This document shows, in pieces, positions 48,058 through 51,745 of a DNA stretch of 51,745 bases; position 1 is the stretch's first letter; every line of letters begins with the position of its first letter. The notes below the pieces were generated by a model. The model did not search any database and was not told where the DNA came from. It saw only the letters and a list, made by a program, of their open reading frames with translations. The position numbers and the translations under genes are program-made. Source of the stretch: Actinomycetota bacterium (lineage in GTDB: Bacteria > Actinomycetota > Actinomycetes > S36-B12); assembly GCA_041164085.1 (NCBI GenBank), contig JBEAQC010000001.1, positions 1 to 51,745 of the forward strand, in the 5' to 3' direction.

Positions 48058-50094
48058 GTGACCATCGAGGCGCCCCCGGCGGGAGTCCTCTCCGCCCGCA
48101 TGCGACTGATCGTCTCCAGTGCGCTCATGCTCTTCGTGCAACTCGCGCTCATCCGCTGGGCCGGCGGGAACCTCGTCCACCTGTCCTACTTCTCCAATCT
48201 CATCCTGCTGGCGTCGTTCCTGGGAATTGGCCTCGGCTTCCTGCGTGCGCGCAAGCCGCGCGATCTCGGTCGCTATGCGCCGGTTGCCATCCTCGTGCTC
48301 ATCGCGTTCATCTTCTTCTTCCCGGCTCGCATCGAGGGCTCCTCCAGCGAACTCATCTTCTTCACCGAGGTCACGCCCACCGGTTTGCCCACGTGGGTGA
48401 CCCTGCCTCTCGTCTTCCTCGTCGTGGCCTTCGCCATGACGCTGCTCGGGGAGATCACCGGCCGCGCCTTCCTCGCCTTCACCGCGCTCGACGCCTACCG
48501 CTGGGACATCGTGGGGTCGCTGAGCGGCACTCTGTTCTTCACCCTCGTCGCGTTCCTGCGGTCGCCGTCGTGGATCTGGCCGACCGTGATGCTCATCGCC
48601 CTCGTGCTTCTCTATGGCAAGGCCTTGCCGGCGGTCTCGTGGCTCGCCGCCGTCGGCATCGTTGTGCTCCTCGTCATCGAGTCACTGACCCCCGGAGTCT
48701 CGTGGTCGCCGTATTACAAGGTGACGACGCAGGACGTCACCGACACTGGACCGGCGCCCTACACGGCGATCCAGGTCAACGGCATCCCCCACCAGAATGT
48801 GCTCGACGCGGAGAAGCGGCTGGAGCTCGAGCCGCTCTACGGCAAGCCCTACGAGCGCGCGGTCGACAATCCGCTGCGCGATGTCCTGGTCATTGGCGCC
48901 GGGACGGGCACCGACGTGGCGCTCGCCCTGGCGCGCGGTGCGCAGCACGTGGACGCGGTCGAGATCGATCCGCGCATCCAGCAGATCGGCATCGAGAAGA
49001 ACCCCAATCAGCCGTACGCCGACCCGCGCGTGACGACGTACATCGATGATGGACGGGCGTTCCTGTCGCGGACGGATCGGGAATACGACCTCATCCTCTT
49101 CGCGCTGCCGGATTCGCTGACGCTCGTCTCGGGTGCAAGCCAGCTGCGACTTGAGTCCTATCTCTTCACCCGCGAGTCGATCCAGGAGGCCTACGACCAC
49201 CTCAGTCCCGATGGGGTCTTCGCGATGTACAACTATTACCGCGAAGACTGGCTGATCAATCGCCTTGCCGGCACGGTTGAGGAGGTGTTCGGCCACGCTC
49301 CCTGCATCGATCGCTTCACGGCCGTGCAATCGCTCGCGGTCATGGCGATCGGCAAGTCGCCGGACAACGCGGTGTGCGATCAGACCTGGGAGCGGGAGGT
49401 CATCGCGGCTGCAGGAGAGGAGATCCCGGCACCGTCGGCCGATGACCGGCCCTTCCTCTATCTCAAGGAAGCGTCGATCCCGCAGCTCTATCTCATCCTC
49501 ATCGGGCTCATCCTCGCCGTGTCTCTCATCGCGATCAGGGTGGTGGGCGGCCCACTGAGGCAGATGCGCGGCTACGCGGACCTGTTCCTCATGGGCATGG
49601 CGTTCCTGCTGCTGGAGACGCGCTCGATCACCACCTTCGCGCTGCTCTTCGGAACGACCTGGCTGGTCAATGCCCTCGTCTTCGCCGGTGTGCTCCTTGC
49701 CGTGCTGCTGGCGATCGAGGTCACCAGGAGGTTCTCCCCGCGCCGGCCGTGGGTGGTGGCCGCCCTCTTCACCTCCCTCGCGATCGCGTGGCTTGTCCCC
49801 AACGCCTGGCTCCTGAGCCTGCCGGTGCCTCTGCGTCTGCTCGTGGCCGTCGCCCTGGCCTTCGCGCCCATCTTCTGCGCGAACCTCTACTTCACCTCTC
49901 GCTTCAAGGACGCGGCGAATCCGACCGCCGCCTTCGCCGCCAACCTCTTCGGGGCGATGATCGGGGGCTGCCTGGAATACCTCTCGCTGCTCACCGGCTA
50001 CCGATTCCTGCTCGTCGTGGCGGCGGTGATCTACCTTGCGGCGGTGCTCGTGGGCCGACGCCTGGGGGCGAGAGCCGCCCCTCTCGGGGCCTGA
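48058..50094 (+). CDS. Membrane-embedded class I SAM-dependent transferase (spermidine-synthase-like fusion)
   Basis: N- and C-terminal TM bundles flank VLVIGAGTGTD, AVEIDP, DDGRAFL, DDRPFLY. Confidence 0.8.
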   Translation: MTIEAPPAGVLSARMRLIVSSALMLFVQLALIRWAGGNLVHLSYFSNLILLASFLGIGLGFLRARKPRDLGRYAPVAILVLIAFIFFFPARIEGSSSELIFFTEVTPTGLPTWVTLPLVFLVVAFAMTLLGEITGRAFLAFTALDAYRWDIVGSLSGTLFFTLVAFLRSPSWIWPTVMLIALVLLYGKALPAVSWLAAVGIVVLLVIESLTPGVSWSPYYKVTTQDVTDTGPAPYTAIQVNGIPHQNVLDAEKRLELEPLYGKPYERAVDNPLRDVLVIGAGTGTDVALALARGAQHVDAVEIDPRIQQIGIEKNPNQPYADPRVTTYIDDGRAFLSRTDREYDLILFALPDSLTLVSGASQLRLESYLFTRESIQEAYDHLSPDGVFAMYNYYREDWLINRLAGTVEEVFGHAPCIDRFTAVQSLAVMAIGKSPDNAVCDQTWEREVIAAAGEEIPAPSADDRPFLYLKEASIPQLYLILIGLILAVSLIAIRVVGGPLRQMRGYADLFLMGMAFLLLETRSITTFALLFGTTWLVNALVFAGVLLAVLLAIEVTRRFSPRRPWVVAALFTSLAIAWLVPNAWLLSLPVPLRLLVAVALAFAPIFCANLYFTSRFKDAANPTAAFAANLFGAMIGGCLEYLSLLTGYRFLLVVAAVIYLAAVLVGRRLGARAAPLGA

Positions 50095-50161
50095 CCAGCG
50101 CTCGCTGTGTAGCCTTAGCGGGCTTGTCCGACGGGCGGTCCCGCCGTCCCGCCGGAGGTTG

Positions 50162-50236
50162 GGGCCTATAGCTCAGCTCGGTTAGAGCGCTTCCCTGATA
50201 AGGAAGAGGTCGGTGGTTCAAGTCCACCTAGGCCCA
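50162..50236 (+). tRNA. tRNA-Ile (GAT), CCA not encoded
   Basis: GGGCCTA acceptor / TAGGCCC-A; D-arm GCTCAG..GGTTAGAGC; anticodon loop CT-GAT-AA; T-loop GGTTCAAGTCC. Confidence 0.97.
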
Positions 50237-50237
50237 C

Positions 50238-50363
50238 ATGAAGAAACTGCTGCTGCTCATTGCCCTTGCTGGCGTCGGCTATCTGGTCTACCGCCAGATC
50301 CAGGCAAGCAAGGCGGAGGACGACCTGTGGACCGAGGCGACCTCGGTTCCTGACCTGACCTGA
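50238..50363 (+). CDS. DLW-39 family small protein (41 aa)
   Basis: Hand translation MKKLLLLIALAGVGYLVYRQIQASKAEDDLWTEATSVPDLT; DLW motif; typical position after tRNA-Ile. Confidence 0.88.
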   Translation: MKKLLLLIALAGVGYLVYRQIQASKAEDDLWTEATSVPDLT

Positions 50364-50397
50364 CCTCACCCGGTCAGACCCTGGGGGCGTGTGCGCC

Positions 50398-51745
50398 ATG
50401 AGTAGCGCGACGACACCGCCAGCGGCTCATCTTCGCCTGCTCGTCGCCGGGTCGTCGATCAGTTCACTCGGCAGTGGTGTCGCGAGCCTGGCCTTCAGTT
50501 ACATCTCCTACAAGATCTCGGGCTCGCTCGCGATCGCGGTCGTCGTGTTGGCGCTGCAGTCGCTGCCGTCGGCATTCCTCATCAAGCCGGCTGCCCACCT
50601 GGCCAGCCGCTACGACCTGCGTCTCGTCGTCGCTGGTGCGGAAGCCGCGAAGTGCGTCATTTATGTCGCCGTGGGTGTCCTGGTGCTCATGGGCTACCTC
50701 AGCCTCGGCCTGCTCATGGTCACCGCCCTCGTCTCCGGGTCCGTGTCGGCGCTCAACTATCCGGCGTGGAACAAGCTGCTCGTGCGAGTCGCGCCGCAGG
50801 GCCAACTCGATCGCCTCGATGCCTCGCTGTCGTCATGGGGGGCCGTGGCCGGCATTCTCGGCGTCCTCATCGGCGGTCAGATGCTCGATGGCCTGGGCGC
50901 CGCATCACTGTTCTTTGTCAACGCCATCAGTTACCTCTTCCCGCTCCTCGCGGTCCTGCGCCAGCCGGCGATGCCGCCGGAGCCGCTGCCCCCGGGTACG
51001 AAGTCCGAGTCCTTCGCGTCGGATGCCCGTCTGCTGTTCACCGTGGCCACCCTGCGCCGGGTCGTGATCTTGGCCATCCTCCTCGAGCTCGTCGCCTGGC
51101 CGATCCTCAAGCTGCTGCCCCGCGTCGCGGAGGACGTCGATCCGACGTCGCAGACCTTCTCGCTGCTACTCGGTGCCTTCTACCTCGGCAACTCCGGGGT
51201 GTCGATCTTCCTGGCGCGCGGCAAGAAGCACCACGGCTATCAGGCGATCATGCTCGCGTCACTGGTCGTGCTCGCCATTGCGCTGGTGGCGATGTGGATG
51301 TCCGGGCTCCTACCGGGTGGAGTCGGTCATGTCATCGTCCTCATGCTCATCATCGCGCCCATCGGGCTCGCGCTCAGTCTCGTGGTCACCGTGATCTCAG
51401 CATCCATCCAGCTCGGTGCTCCGGACAGCAAGGAGATCCGGGTCCTCGCGGTCTATTCCGCCGCCGTCACACTCGTCGCTCCGATTGGCGGCCTCGCCAT
51501 CACCGGCCTCGTGGGGGTCCTGGACATCTGGGTGGTGGTCGCGGTCGAGGCGATCGGGGTGCTCGCTCTCGTCGCCTACGTGGGCTGGTCGAGTCTGGGC
51601 AAGGACCTGCGCACGTTCGCAGAGAAGGACCGTGATGGCCTCATGCTCCGACGTCACAGCCGCCACCTGGTGGTGAACTCCCTCGAGCGAGGTGTCGCCC
51701 ATCGCTCAGAGGCGGCGCTCCGCGATCTCGATCACCGAGCGCCCG
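50398..51745 (+). CDS. MFS transporter (3'-truncated by window edge)
   Basis: Open frame from ATG 50398: MSSATTPPAAHLRLLVAGSSISSLGSG...HLASRYDLR...ALNYPAWNKLLVRVAP; multiple TM segments; no stop seen, so it is absent from the ORF track. Confidence 0.8.
   Translation, partial: MSSATTPPAAHLRLLVAGSSISSLGSGVASLAFSYISYKISGSLAIAVVVLALQSLPSAFLIKPAAHLASRYDLRLVVAGAEAAKCVIYVAVGVLVLMGYLSLGLLMVTALVSGSVSALNYPAWNKLLVRVAPQGQLDRLDASLSSWGAVAGILGVLIGGQMLDGLGAASLFFVNAISYLFPLLAVLRQPAMPPEPLPPGTKSESFASDARLLFTVATLRRVVILAILLELVAWPILKLLPRVAEDVDPTSQTFSLLLGAFYLGNSGVSIFLARGKKHHGYQAIMLASLVVLAIALVAMWMSGLLPGGVGHVIVLMLIIAPIGLALSLVVTVISASIQLGAPDSKEIRVLAVYSAAVTLVAPIGGLAITGLVGVLDIWVVVAVEAIGVLALVAYVGWSSLGKDLRTFAEKDRDGLMLRRHSRHLVVNSLERGVAHRSEAALRDLDHRAP

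Noticed and set aside
50351-50370. TGACC x3-4 pentamer repeat
   Set aside because: Too short, overlaps the DLW-39 stop, and could arise by chance.
50162-51745. tRNA-Ile as an integration site for a prophage or island
   Set aside because: No integrase and no duplicated tRNA 3' end are visible in the window.

Overview
High-GC actinobacterial chromosome segment covering the replication origin. It contains 5'-truncated dnaA, an oriC DnaA-box cluster, dnaN, recF and DUF721/dciA. These are followed not by gyrB but by ~38 kb of genes that normally lie on the other side of oriC: rpsF-ssb-rpsR-rplI, MATE, intein-containing dnaB, an accessory enzyme patch, cwlM-trxA-trxB-anti-sigma-sigM-pseudokinase-murJ-DUF6049-NUDIX-CCA enzyme, DUF5318, ponA and GT87. 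After that come xth, gyrB-gyrA-DUF3566, a TetR regulator, a membrane SAM-transferase, tRNA-Ile, a DLW-39 peptide and a partial MFS gene. The gene order is explained by two nested inversions around oriC. The most interesting unexplained signal is three copies of the palindrome TACCCC-N2-GGGGTA (CsoR/CstR-family operator type) within 4.6 kb. Two copies lie inside SigH/SigR-type ECF promoters, one for trxB-trxA and one for an unannotated 38-aa Cys/His-rich peptide. The third precedes a CxxC membrane protein. Together they suggest a thiol/persulfide- or metal-stress regulon. Other points: a Zn-free S18 in the core operon, an S6:S18 leader RNA, a second DnaA-box cluster before dnaB, a REP-like palindrome pair, a standalone ParB/Srx-like protein, a DLW-39 start codon abutting tRNA-Ile, and widespread leaderless promoters. 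All family calls are from motif recognition by eye; no database searches were run.
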